A stretch of DNA of 64,000 bases. Source: Pristiophorus japonicus. Taxonomy: Eukaryota. Position 1 is the first letter of the stretch; each line of letters opens with the position of its first letter. Positions 24,033-36,230 of this stretch are shown one piece after another. The position numbers and the translations under genes were made by a program. The stretch spans positions 271,250,001 to 271,314,000 of the forward strand of contig NC_091979.1 of the NCBI RefSeq assembly GCF_044704955.1, given 5' to 3'. The notes below the pieces were generated by a model. The model was given only the letters and a program-made list of their open reading frames with translations, did no database searches and had not been told where the DNA came from.

Positions 24033-24480
24033 AGAACAGTAGCATTGTGGTTATGTTATTGGACTACTAATCCAGAGTTCTGGAATAATGATCCAGAGAC
24101 ATGAGTTCAAATCCCACCACAGCAGCTGGGGAATTTTAATTAATTTTGATTAAATTAATCTTGAATTAAAAGCTAGTATCAGTAATGGTGATCATGAAAC
24201 TACCAGATTATTGTAAAAGCCCATCTGGTTCACTAATGTCCTTTAGGGAAGGAAATCTGCCGTCTTTACCTAGTCTGGCCTATATGTGACTCCAGACCCC
24301 ATAGCAATATGGTTGACTCTTAACTGTCCTCTGAAATGATCTAGCAAGGCACTCAGTTGTACCAACGGTTACAAAGGACAACAGTTCAAGAAGCCGGCTC
24401 TCCAACACCTTCTAAAGGGCAATTAGGGATGGGCAATAAAAGCTGGCCTTGCCGGTGACACCCACAACCCATGAACGAAA
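24033..24480 (+). mobile_element. tRNA-derived SINE with LINE-derived 3' tail
   Basis: Box A-like TAGCATTGTGG and box B GAGTTCAAATCCC. 3' end GGGCAATTAGGGATGGGCAATAAAAGCTGGCCTTGCC...CCCATGAACGAAA. Confidence 0.7.
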
Positions 24481-24499
24481 ACATTTACAAAATATTACA

Positions 24500-25080
24500 T
24501 TTTCTATAACTCCAACCATTTATTTCTAGCTCAGTTTGTAGTTCCTATGCTGTCTTTTCAGTTTCAATGACCCTTCCTAGTTTGGTGTCTTCTTCAAATT
24601 TGATCAGTTTGCATTGAGCTTCTGAATCCAAATCATCAATGTAAGTTGGAAATAATAAGAATACCAACACTGCTCTCTGGGATACTCCACTTTAGTATTC
24701 CCTCATCCAGACTTAACTTTTCTAACAAGTACTTGCTGCTTCATCGAAACATAGAAACATAGAAAATAGGTGCAGGAGTAGGCCATTCGGCCCTGAGAGC
24801 CTGCACCACCACTCAATAAGATCATAGCTGATCATTCACCTCAGTGCCCCTTTCCTGCTTTCTCTCCATACCCCTTGATCCCTTTAGCCGTAAGGGCCAT
24901 ATCTAACTCCCTCTTGAATATATCCAATGAACTGGCATCAACAACTCTCTGCGGTAGGGAATTTCACAGGTTAACAACTCTCTGAGTGAAGAAGTTTTTC
25001 CTCATCTCAGTCCAAATGGCTTACCCCTTATCCTTACTCCTTATTCCTATCATTCAGCCAATTTCTTATCCATTTTCATA
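24500..25080 (-). mobile_element. Old CR1 RT relic interrupted by a younger CR1 3' end (24747-25035, minus strand)
   Basis: Minus-strand SGVSQRAVL...YIDDLDS...KFEEDTKLGR at ~24575-24690. AAACATAGAAACATAGAAAATAGG tail at 24747. Confidence 0.75.
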
Positions 25081-25682
25081 TATTTACCCATAAATAATGT
25101 GCAGTATTTGATCATAGACCACGTAATAGCTAAACCTGATCCTGTCCTCAACCTATGCCTGCACACACAATTTCCAGCAGGATTCACTGAATAATGATCA
25201 GGAATAGGAATAGACTGATTTTTTTTTTTTGATTTCCACCACAGAGAGACTGCGGATAGTAAAAAAAAGTAAGACTTTTTATATAATTTATACAATGCTT
25301 TCGCGACCTCAGGGCATCCCAAAATGCTTTGCAGCCACTAAATACCTTTGAAGTGCAGCCACTGTTGTAATGTAGCCAACATGGCAGCCAAATTGTGCAC
25401 AACAAGCTCCCACAAACAACAATGTGATAATGACCAGATAATCTGTTTTAGTGTTGATGGTTGAGGGATAAATATTCAGAGTGACTATATGCACTGTGTT
25501 TTTTCTGCCACTGCATCCTCAGGACTCCGCCCCGATGCCTCTCGCGCCTGCACAGACTCCTCGGACCCGAAATTGGAACCGGAAATGGGGCCCCAACGAG
25601 TCTGCATGGAGTCCGCTGCTGAAACATTGCTTCCAGCCTTTGCATTATTGTGGCTTTCTGTGGGAGAGAAAACATTGGAGGT

Positions 25683-26170
25683 AGTGAGAGAGAGAGAGGC
25701 AGCGGGCGGGTGGGCGAGAGAGAGGCGGCGGAGAGAGAGAGGCGGCCTGCGGAGGGGGAGAGAGAGGCGGCGGGAAGCTGGGGGTGGGGGGGAGAGTGAG
25801 ACGGGGGAAGAAAGAGAGACACGTGGGGGAAGAAAGAGAGACATGAGGGGGAAGAGAGACACGGGTGGTAGAGAGAGAGACATGTGGGAGAGAGAGAGAC
25901 AACGGTGGTGGGGAGAGAAAGAGACACAGGGGGAAGAGAGATGGGGGGAAGAGACACGGGGGAGAGAGGCACGGGGGGAGAGAGAGAGACATGGGGGGAG
26001 AGAAAGACACACACAGGAGGGGACGAGAGAGAGATATGGGAGGGGAGAGAGCGAGACACGGGGAGAGGAGAGAGAGAGAGAGTCGGGGGTGGGGGGGGGG
26101 AAGAGAAGGAGACCGGGAAGCGAGGCGGGGGGGGGGGTTTCGGAGGGGGGAGAGAGGGAACTCAGGGAAG
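25683..26170 (+). repeat. Purine-rich (GA/G-run) low-complexity repeat
   Basis: Degenerate GAGAGAGACACGGGGG units; the plus strand is almost free of T. Confidence 0.9.
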
Positions 26171-26340
26171 ACATATCACGTTCTTCCAATCCACTTTACA
26201 TCCACCCAAGCTTGGTGCGTGTGTTACAAGGGATATTGTTGGAGTGGATAAAATCCGGAAGTCACAACACTGTCACTATTCACTTCATACCCAATAAACC
26301 TGTTAGCAATCCATGACCCACACACAATACCCCATCTATG

Positions 26341-26770
26341 GCGGGGCGGGGGTAAGGAACTTGGGCTGGTGGGGTTGGGGGGTAAGGAACTTGAGCTGGG
26401 GAGTGGTAAGAAACTTGGGCTGGGGATGTAAGGAACTTGGGCTGGGGGTGGCATGAACTTGGTCTGGGGAGTGAGTCAGGAACTTGGGCTAGGTTTGGGT
26501 AAGGAACTTGGGCTGGGGGAGGCATGAAATTGGTCAAGGTATGGTAAGGAACTTGGGCTGGGGAGAATGAATTTGGGTTGGGGGTGTCAGGAACTTTAGC
26601 TGGGGGAGGCACGTACTTAGACTGGGGGGGAGAGGGTAAGTGACTTTGGCTTGGGGTACAATGAACTTGGGCTGGGGTGCTAAGGAACCTATGCTGGGGG
26701 AGGCATGAACTTGTGCTGGGGGGGATGAACTTGGGCTGGGGCTATCAGGGACTTCAGCTGGGGAGACATG
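26341..26770 (+). repeat. Degenerate minisatellite with a ~20-25 bp unit (GTAAGGAACTTGGGCTGGGGG)
   Basis: More than 15 imperfect copies of GAACTTGGGCTGGGG. Confidence 0.88.
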
Positions 26771-28575
26771 CACTTAAGAAGGGGTCAGGGATTTTGGAGG
26801 CTTTTGCTGGGTTTGTGGAGCTCTATTCTCCTTGTGCCTGCTTGCAGGGAAGTTCTGAAGTCAGAATGGCTTGAATTACACTTTGCAAAGTCACTCAGAA
26901 CTTGGGCTGGGCTGTTCCAATTAAACATTCCAGAGAAACTTCTGGGTGTGGCTTATCCTCCAAGGAGACTAATCAGCAATCATATCAGGTGATAATGGAG
27001 AGCCAATTAGCCAGAAACACAGTGCAAATAACTGGGTCCATAAATATTAGCCAGGACGCCAGGGCTCTTTTTCAAAATAGTACCATGGGATCTTTTATGT
27101 TCACCTGAGAGGGCAGACCTTGGTTTAACATCTCATCCAAAAGACAGCACCTCTGACAATGCAGCACTCGCTTACTGGAATATCAGCTTGGATTTTATGC
27201 TCAAGTCTCTGGAGTGGGACTTGAACTCACAAGCTTTAGAGCCAGGGCTAATACCTAGCATTAGATCGGCTCCCACTACCATTGCAATGAAAATCAAGTA
27301 ACTCATCACTGATCAGGGAAGCTACTTGGAACTGTCTTGGATCTGTATGGATCAGTTCTATGTCATATGTTTACCTAATGAGCAATCGAGAGGTTTCCTA
27401 AAAATAAACTTAATCCAATTTCCACATTCTCTTATTCCATGTGAGATTGCAGCTTCATGAAATAATTTTTATTTCATTTATTTTCTAGATTTGCAATTTA
27501 GGATTCGATCCTTATCCTTTAATCCTTACTGGTTGTTATAAGCTTGCTTGAGCTGTCATTATCTCGGGTACCATTTAGGACACTCAGTCAAACTGCAGAT
27601 CCAGATTGGAGACTTTTTTTAAATCATCCATGTTTGTATTTAACATATCGTTCATGTTATAATTCAGATATTAACAATTCTATAAACAATAACACCAAAT
27701 GAAACACCAAAGCTCATGTAAATGCAGTCCAGAGCACGACAATTTAACTAATCACATATATTTGATGACTGTTGAAATTAAGTCTTACAGAATTTACCAC
27801 AAATATAACCCAGCCTATGGAATTTTTTCTCCTCCACAGACTCTCTTTAAAAAAAAAATGGAAATCTTGATTTCCTCTTCATTGTTGGTGGTGTTGTGAT
27901 TGTTCTGCTATTCTGAGTTATTTTTAGTGAATTTCTTCATACAGTTAAATTCCTCATGATTTTCTCCAAATCTCCTAATGATAGACTGTGAGAAGTAAAC
28001 TGGAAATGGACTCCACAATGAGCCTTTTAGTTATTGTGACTTATTCTATTTCTCATCCATATGCAGTTACTATTAATGTCAATGTACTATAGAACGGTTT
28101 TATTTATACCTGATGAATCAGGATACTACATAATCATTTTGCAGCTTTTTTAGGCCAACAGGCTTTATTTTGCATCTATTTTGCCAATATGAATTATTTT
28201 TAAGACAGCCATGTGGCACAGTGCCTACACAGAATCAAAGGACATGAGTTTGTACTTATGATTCCCTAGTCTCCAACCTGAATAAGCTATCAGGAGAAGG
28301 CATTCAGTAAAGATTAGGTGATCTCACTAAAGGAAAGGAGGGAAAATCAAACAGCAAGCAAACCTGTGCTGCCTTCACGAACCTATTATTGACTGCTAAC
28401 AGTTCAGCCATTGGCAAATGCCTGAAAACAAATTGCCTGCCTATTGTCCTTTTGGGAATGGTGTCTAGGGATTGGGTTGGCACAGTGGGCTAACAAACAA
28501 TCCCCGAACCTTTCAGACCAACTGTGAATCCAGTCCAGACTGCTGGATCTATCCTTGCCGCCCCCCCCCCCCCCC

Positions 28576-29605
28576 ACTCCTATTTCTCATCTACATACTG
28601 GCCCTCAGCAACATCATCCGAAAACACAGCATCAGTTTCCACATGTATGCTGACGATACCCAGCTCTACCTCACCATTACCTCGCTTGACACCATCCCCC
28701 ACCCCCCTGCCAGCTCCCCACGACCCCCGACCCCCGCACCCCACCCCGCTGTCTCTATATTGTCACACTGCTTGTCTAACATCCAATACTGAATGAGCAG
28801 AAATTTCCACCAAATAAATATTGGGAAGACCAAAACCTTGTCTTTGTCCCCGTCACAAACTCCATTCCCTAGCCACCAACTCCATCTCTCTCCCCGGCAA
28901 CTGTTTGAGGCTAAACCAGACTGTTCGCAACCGTGGCGATATATTTGACCCCGAGATCAGCTTCCGACCACTTATCCATGTTAACACTAAGACCGCCTAT
29001 TTCCACCTCCATAACATCCCCCAACTCCACTCCTGCTTCAGCTCATATGCTGCTGAAACCCTCATTCATGCCTTTGTTACCTCTAGACTCCCATTTTCTA
29101 CCCTCTATAAACTTGATATCATTCAAAACGTTGTTGCCTGTGTCCTAACTAGCACCATGTCCCATTCAGCCACCTCTGTGCTTGTTGTCCTACATTGGCT
29201 CCTGGTGGAGCAACGCCTCAATTTTTAAATTTTCATTGTTGTTTTCAAATAGCTCCATGGCCACACCCATCCCATTCTCTGTAATCTTCTCCAGCCCTAC
29301 AACCCTCTGAGATATCTGTGTTCCTACAATTCTGAACACTTGAGCATCCCCAAGTTTAATCTTTCCACCATTTGCCTTCAGCTACCAAGGCTCTGAGCTC
29401 TGGAATTCCCTTCATAAACCTCTCTGTCTGTCTAACTCCTTTCCTCCTTCAAGGCACTCCTTAAAACCAACTTCTTTGACCGAGCTTTTGGTCATCTGCC
29501 CTATATCTCCTTGTGTGGCTCGGTGTCAAATTATGATTGATAATGCTTCCTGTGAAGTACCTTGGGATGTTTTACTACATGCAATGCAAGTTGTAATTGT
29601 TGTTG
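28576..29605 (+). mobile_element. L2 LINE 3' fragment
   Basis: [25 protein letters not shown] and LHWLLV peptides, with a degenerate (TTG) tail. Confidence 0.87.
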
Positions 29606-30035
29606 GAATGAAAGTCCTGTCTCTCTATAAGGTGTAAGGTTCCCACATGGAAGGAGTTTGACTTTTCCAAATCATGTTCCTAGTGTGTGTGAGCCTACAA
29701 AACAAACTGCCCATAACTGTGCATTAAATGGCACTAAGTTAGCACTCACCTCCAGCAGCTATAAGGTGGCTGGGGTAGGGAGAAGGAAAACTCATACAAG
29801 TGTAATAGGGGTGCTATTTTGATGCCAAGACAAAATTGTGTCAGCTGGTTGTGCCTTACCTGATCTGAGAGGGTTTGATGCTAGCAATAGTACTCCACTC
29901 CCAATGCAGCACTGAAATCCTTCACTTCGATGAGCACAAATCTTAACTCCTGTAAAAGAGGTCACAAAAATAATGGCATCTGGCATTGGTTTACTTGAAG
30001 AGGGGGAAAAATATAGATATTTAAACAAATAACAT

Positions 30036-31991
30036 AACATGAGAACATAAGAAATAGGAGCCTGCACTGCCATTTAATAAGATAATAGCTGATCTGGTCA
30101 TGGACTCAGCTCCACTTCCCCGCCCGCTCCACATAACTCTTATCGTTTAAAAAACTGTCTATTTCTGTCTTAAATTTGCTCAATGTCCCAGCTTCCACAG
30201 CTCTCTGAGGCAACGAGATTAACAACCCTCTGCGAGAAGAAATTTCTCCTCATCTCTGTTTTAAATGGGCGGCCCCTTATTCTAAGATCATGCCCTCTAG
30301 TCTCCCCCATCAGTGGAAACATCCTCTCTGCATCCACCCTGTCAAGCCCCCTTTAATCTTATACGTTTCGATAAGATCACCTCTCATTCTTCTGAATTCC
30401 AATGAGGCCCAACCTACTCAACCTTTTCTCATAAGTCAATCCCCTCATCCCTGGAATCAACCTAGTGAACCTTCTCTGAACTGCCTCCAAAGCAAGTACA
30501 TCCTTTCGCAAATTTGGAAACCGAAACTGCACACAGTATTCCAGGTGTGGCCCCACCAATACCTTATATAGCTGTAGCAAGACTTCCCTACTTTTAAACT
30601 CCATCCCCTTTGCAATAAAGGCCAAGATACCATTGGCCTTCCTGATCGCTTGCTGTACCTGCATACTATCCTTTTGTGTTTCATGCACCAGGACCACCAG
30701 GTCCCGCTGTACTGCGGCATTTTACAATCTTTCTCCATTTAAATAATAACTTGCTCTTTGATTTTTTTCTGCCAAAGTGCATGACCTCACACTTTCCAAC
30801 ATTATACTGCATCTGCCAAATTTTTGCCCACTCACTTAGCATGTCTATGTTCTATTGCAGATTGTTTGTGTCCTCCTCACACATTGCTTTTCCTCCCATC
30901 TTTGTATCATCAGTAAACTTGGCTACGTTACACTCAATCCCTTCTTCCAAGTCGTTTATATAGATTGTAAATAGTTGGGGTCCCAGCACTGATCCCTGCG
31001 GCACTCCACTAGTTACTGATTGCCAACCAGAGAATGAACCATTTATCCCAACTCTCTGTTTTCTGTTAGTTAGCCAATTCTCTATCCATGCTAATATATT
31101 ACCCCAAACCCCATGAACTTTTATCTTGTGCAGTAACCTTTTATGTGGCACCTTGCCAAATGCCTTCTGGAAGTCCAAATACAACACATCCACTGGTTCC
31201 CCTTTATCCACCCTATTCGTTACACTTCAAAGAACCACAGCAAATTTGTCAAACATGACTTCCCCTTCATAAATCCATACTGACTCTGCCTGTCCGAATT
31301 TTGCTTTTCCAAATGTCCTGTTACTGCTTCTTTAATAATGGACTCCAACATTTTCTCAACCACAGATGTTAGGCTAACTGGTCTACAGTTTCCTGCTTTT
31401 TGTCTGCCTCCTTTTTTAAATGGGGGCGTTACATTTGCAGTTTTCCAATCTGCTGGGACCTCCCCAGAATCCAGGGAATTTTGGTAAATTACAACCAATG
31501 TATCCACAATCCCTGCCGCTACTTCTCTTAAGACCCTAGGACGCAAGCCATCAGGTCCAGGGGATTTATCTGCCTTTAGTCCCATTATTTTACTGAGTAC
31601 CACCTCCTTAGTGATTGTGATTGTGTTAAGTTCCTCCCCCCCATAGCCCCTAGACTATCCACTGTCAGAATATTGTTAGTGTCTTCTACTGTAAAGAGTG
31701 ATACAAAATATTTGTTCAGAGTTTCTGCCATCTCCATGTTCCCCATTACTAATTCCCCAGTCTTGTCCTCTAAGGGACCAACATTTACTTTAGCCACCCT
31801 TTTCCTTTTTATATATCTATAGAAACTCTTGCTATCTGTTTTTATATTTTGTGCTGGTTTACTTTCATAGTCTATCTTCCCTTTTTAATCATTTCTTTAG
31901 TCATTCTTTGCTGGCTTTTAAAAGCTTCCCAGTCTTCTGTCCTCCCACTAGTTTTGGCCACTTTGTATGCCCTTGTTTTTAATTGGATACC
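30036..31991 (-). mobile_element. CR1 LINE RT fragment (~2 kb)
   Basis: KSPGPDG, DWKTANVTP, LDFQKAF, SGVPQGSVLGP and HLEYCVQF. TTCTTATG-type tail near 30036-30052. Confidence 0.93.
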
Positions 31992-32446
31992 GTATGGGAT
32001 AACATTGTGTAACATTGTTTTTATTGCCACAGAATCAAGATGTTTGTGTTGCTGAATTAGAAAACTCACCTGCAGAATTCTGCCTCTCTTTGCTAAGAAG
32101 TTCATTTCTTTAATATATTCTGAGATGATCTTAAACACCCATGGATCCATAAAGAAACAAACCATCTGTAACTTTCTAGCTTTAGCTATGCAGAGAGTCC
32201 AAGGTCATCAGTTTCTTCCCACCATTCCAAATGTAATGAGTTTCCAATCTGCAGCAAGTTATTGGAAGAAGGAACCCAATAAAGGTGGCTTCACAACACT
32301 ACCTAAGGTACTTAATGTTGATACAACTTTTTCTATATATTATGCATTATATTATATATAGGAAACTTAAAGACATACATCTATCAGGATTTTTCAGCAT
32401 GCTTGTGCTTACTTTGGTTTCAACTTGTAATCTGTTTGTAAAGACC

Positions 32447-32730
32447 AGTGGGCGGTCGAGGGGGTCGTTCAGCCCGACTGCCTGCCTCTCTTCCGTGGTT
32501 ACATCCGAGCCAGGGTGTCCCTAGAGAGGGATCACACGGTGTCCATAGGTACGCTTGTGGCCTGCCACGAGAGGTGGGCGCCGGAGGGACTGGAGTGCAT
32601 CATCACCCCAGGCAACCAAATTTTAATTTGATCCATCAATGTCTAAAGTTTAATTTGTTTACGTTTGTCTGTTTTAGTGCCCCTTTTTAATCAGGGGGCA
32701 CTTGATTTACAGGAGCAACTTAAAATAGTT
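32447..32730 (+). mobile_element. Tx1/L1-clade 3' fragment
   Basis: GACTGCCTGCCTCTCTTCCGTGGTTACATCCGAGCCAGGGTGTCCCT...GAGGGACTGGAGTGCATC, homologous to the 12.0 kb and 62.3 kb copies. Confidence 0.8.
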
Positions 32731-34279
32731 GTATTGACCAGTTTCTTGAAGTAAAAAATCAAATGGATTCACAAAATTTAGATTCATCCAATGTTTTTAA
32801 TATAATAAGCAGATAATCTTACAACAACTTGCATTTATATAGCACCCTTAATATAGTAATACATCCCCAGTGCAATACAGCTTTAAATGCCATTTGAATC
32901 TGCAGCAATCATTAGTTACACCAGTACAATTAAACATTCTATGGTAATCTCAGTCAGTAAGAGGTGGTAGGAATGTTCAAAATGCTGTATTATCTAATTA
33001 TGTTGTTGATATTAATCTCTAATATCAGATCCAATGTGGTACTTACTGACATTATCAGTTACAAAAATAGAAAATATTCTCGTAATTATTACAATCAGGC
33101 AGAAACCCAGAGAGGAAGGGTATTCCTGGCAGTATCTGATTAGCTCGTCATAACTGAAACTCAGTCATCTTATTGTGTAGTACAAACTTTACCTTATGCA
33201 TCTGGAATACCACTCCTACATCTGGAATAGGGCTTCTTCCTCATTGGGTCATCCTGGATGCTGTTCAACAGAGGCACCAAGCTCTTTTCAAAAGCTCAAA
33301 AGATGAACACCAAATAATATATCACTTTCTGCATCTCAAGGCATTGCCCAACTTATATAATACTTTCTCGATTTTAAAGTTACATTTTCCACAGAACTTT
33401 CCAAAGTAATCCCTTCCTTGTCTGCTTTCCTGGAATCAGTTCTGAGGCTATATCTGAATGCACTGCTGCGCTGCCTCTCAGTGTTAAGAATTAACGCTTT
33501 CCCAGTCATTTCTCCCACTGACATTATTGTCAAATTCTGTTTCCTCATTCATTCTCAATATATTCTAATTGTCAGTATTTTAAAGGAAATAATTTTACAT
33601 TTCTTTAAATTGGTCCACAGAAGCACTCTACTCTAGCACATATAATTCGGAATATGTTTCAATAGGCCTTAGGCAATTGTTATAATGAAAGTTTGGTTTT
33701 AAAAAATACATTTAATTAGAAGAATATGCTACTATCCTTACCCAATTACAATAATGTATATTTTAAAACACAACAATGAATTTCATTTCAAAATTAAATA
33801 CTAATTCAAACTAATACATCTGCAGAGTATATCTTTGTATATATTTTTAAATGGCATTGATTTCTACGTTCAAAAATTAAAAGTTACAGTAAGCTTGTAC
33901 TAACAATGAAAGAAACCGAAAGATAACACATGGTGATTTTATTTACAAATGTTTTACACATTTTGCACTATTAATAGGAATATAACACGCCCTTTTTCCT
34001 CCAATGTTTTGGATGGTCGAAACATACTGCAGAGCATCACCGAGAGAATTGTTGACTTTGCTCCGTGTTTACACTGGTCAAAAGCAGGCTCTGGCTCCAA
34101 TAGGATGCCTTCGTGGTAAAATAGCCCAGAATGGCCACTGGCAATTTGGGTGAGGAGCTGAAAGGCCAGCGCCGCTCATAGATGCATAACACATGGGTCG
34201 CTGCCTTTGAGAAGAGAAGTAGGGACAGAAAACCAAATTAAAAAAAATAAAGGTTATCAAGAATCTACACCAGCATCCT

Positions 34280-34620
34280 TTTTCTGTTTGTTTCATTTTT
34301 GGTTAAACAATGATCGCTGATGACATTATTTGGGAAACCTCTGGAAGGAGTTACGGAGTGGACAGCGTGAACGAATTGATTTAATGTCAGTGGATAATCA
34401 TCAACCGAGCAGGGCCTCAGCTTACACTATTCGTATTCACAAACTTATGGCTCAGAACCATCGCCCAGCCAGCTCCCCGTCATCAACATTCACCAAAACA
34501 AAAGCAGCAACAAAGACAGTAATAAGCTAACAGATAATGACAGTTTTCAGTGACAGTTTGATGTTTACAAGGAGTTAATAACGGTGACACTATAAGACAT
34601 ATTTTTTAAGTTCCAGGTTA
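34280..34620. promoter_or_regulatory. Candidate conserved enhancer upstream of HMX3
   Basis: Unique sequence with Sox AACAAT (34306), Pbx-Hox TGATTTAAT (34377), Meis TGACAG (34538, 34551) and Fox TGTTTAC (34562). Conservation not tested. Confidence 0.5.
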
Positions 34621-35689
34621 AATAGGAATCAGTATGTGCGGTCAAGAGGAATGCGATATATTAGACTTGACACCAAACAACCAATGACAGTCCTATGAAT
34701 GAAGTTTTCCAAATCAATTTGTGTTCTTTTTAATTTTTCGTGCGGAAGATAAAATCATGCAAATAAGGTTCCGCCTGGTGCGGAGAATTGTAGCGCCATC
34801 AGCTGGTGCTCGTGCGCAATTTATATATTTAACAACCGTTTTGATTTTCCAAAGTACTGAGGGACACACTGCAATGTTTATAGTTTCACAATGAATTGTA
34901 AAAACAGCTCTCACTTTCCTTGTTTGTAAGTCAGTTTGGCGATTTGTGAAATTCCTGTTTACAGAAATTGGCAAAATGTAGAGTTGATGGCGGGCATTTG
35001 TTGCTGTGAGAAGCACTGATTTAAAAGGAAGGCCAGTTAAATTGTAGAAAACCTTTTGATCTATTATTGTAGTGATGTACCCTTTTCTTTTCTCGACCCC
35101 TTGTAATTTTCATGGCAGAATATATTGCAAGTATATCCAGGCTGTAAGAATTGTTGCTGATCATTCTGATAACTGTGGATAATTGCTCAGTTTGGGATGA
35201 GGATTTATGAGAAGGCCGCAAGATCAGATCATAGACTACATGTGAAATGTTTGATAGGATCGTCGTATTGCTTTATAAAGTGGTGCAGTGTTAAAAAGCA
35301 AAGATATCAGGAATGCATACTCTACGAAACCCGTTACAAGCAATCTTTTCCTTAACATTTAATATGGTAGAATGTCAAATAACAAATATTTACTATTGCT
35401 TTTCTGCAGAAATCAATACTAAGCAGCTAGGTTTCCAAAATGAATAACCCCCTGCCTGTGCTCAGCATTCAGATGTGAATAGCGGAAGAGAGGCCGCGGT
35501 TCTATAATTAAACTGAGTAAATGTTCCATTTAACTTTAGTTAAATATTTCATACTTTTTTAAAATGACGTGCTTTATGCAATAAATCATATGCAATTGAG
35601 TTGTATTAATTTACCTACCTAACCTAATAGAAAATGATACAAATCTGGACTAAAACATCGTTTAGGGTGTGTTACCTCGTGTTGGTTTT

Positions 35690-36230
35690 AACTAACGTCT
35701 CCCTTTGTGATATTGAGTGGAAATCAGCATTTAATAGTGATTGGTGAAATTCTATTAATGTCCTGCGTAAGAGCTGACGGTTTTTCATTGCACCCCTGTC
35801 ACAATAATGATTTCAGCCCCTAACACTCACTCAGCCAGCTTTAAACTGCACCTTTTTGGACAGCTGGGTTTACGCTATAATGTCAGGATAATGACCCGGT
35901 TTGTACACCTCCGGGTTTTTTTTTAAATCTGAAATTCACTGCTTTCCAAATGGCATTTTTTCAAAATCCTTTTAAAGATTCATCAATAAGTGTCCCTATA
36001 TCAGGTCATTGGGTACGGGACTAACCTTTCGATTTACAGAATTGAGGCCAGAGCAGGATCTGGTTTGATTTCTCATTAAGAGAAAGCTCGCGAGTAAGAT
36101 ATTAATGACATGTATTAAGTGTTTGGCAAATGTCTGGGTATCTGTTTCCTTTACTTCTGATCAATAGACTGGACAGAGCGAGAGATAGATTCATGTATCG
36201 AGGCAGAGCAGAGAAGCAGTGTACTCTAAT
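35690..36230. promoter_or_regulatory. Candidate conserved enhancer upstream of HMX3
   Basis: Unique sequence with CTTTGT (Sox/TCF-like), several TAAT, TGTCA and CAGCTG motifs. Conservation not tested. Confidence 0.4.

Larger units (their letters stand above)
25262..27250 (-). mobile_element. DeuSINE copy split in two (3' part 25262-25482, 5' part 27045-27250)
   Basis: Both parts are reverse complements of the SINE at 5712-6072 (e.g. CAGCCAAATTGTGCACAACAAGCTCCCAC; GTGGGACTTGAACTCAC = box B). Confidence 0.7.

Noticed and set aside
25448-26316. Several long overlapping ORFs (up to 275 aa; R/E/G-rich or S/L/P-rich)
   Set aside because: They are artefacts of a stop-poor GA/G low-complexity tract and have no domain or splice support.
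26341-26770. Repeat array superficially like CRISPR
   Set aside because: Units are degenerate and adjacent with no unique spacers, there are no cas genes, and the context is eukaryotic. It is a minisatellite.
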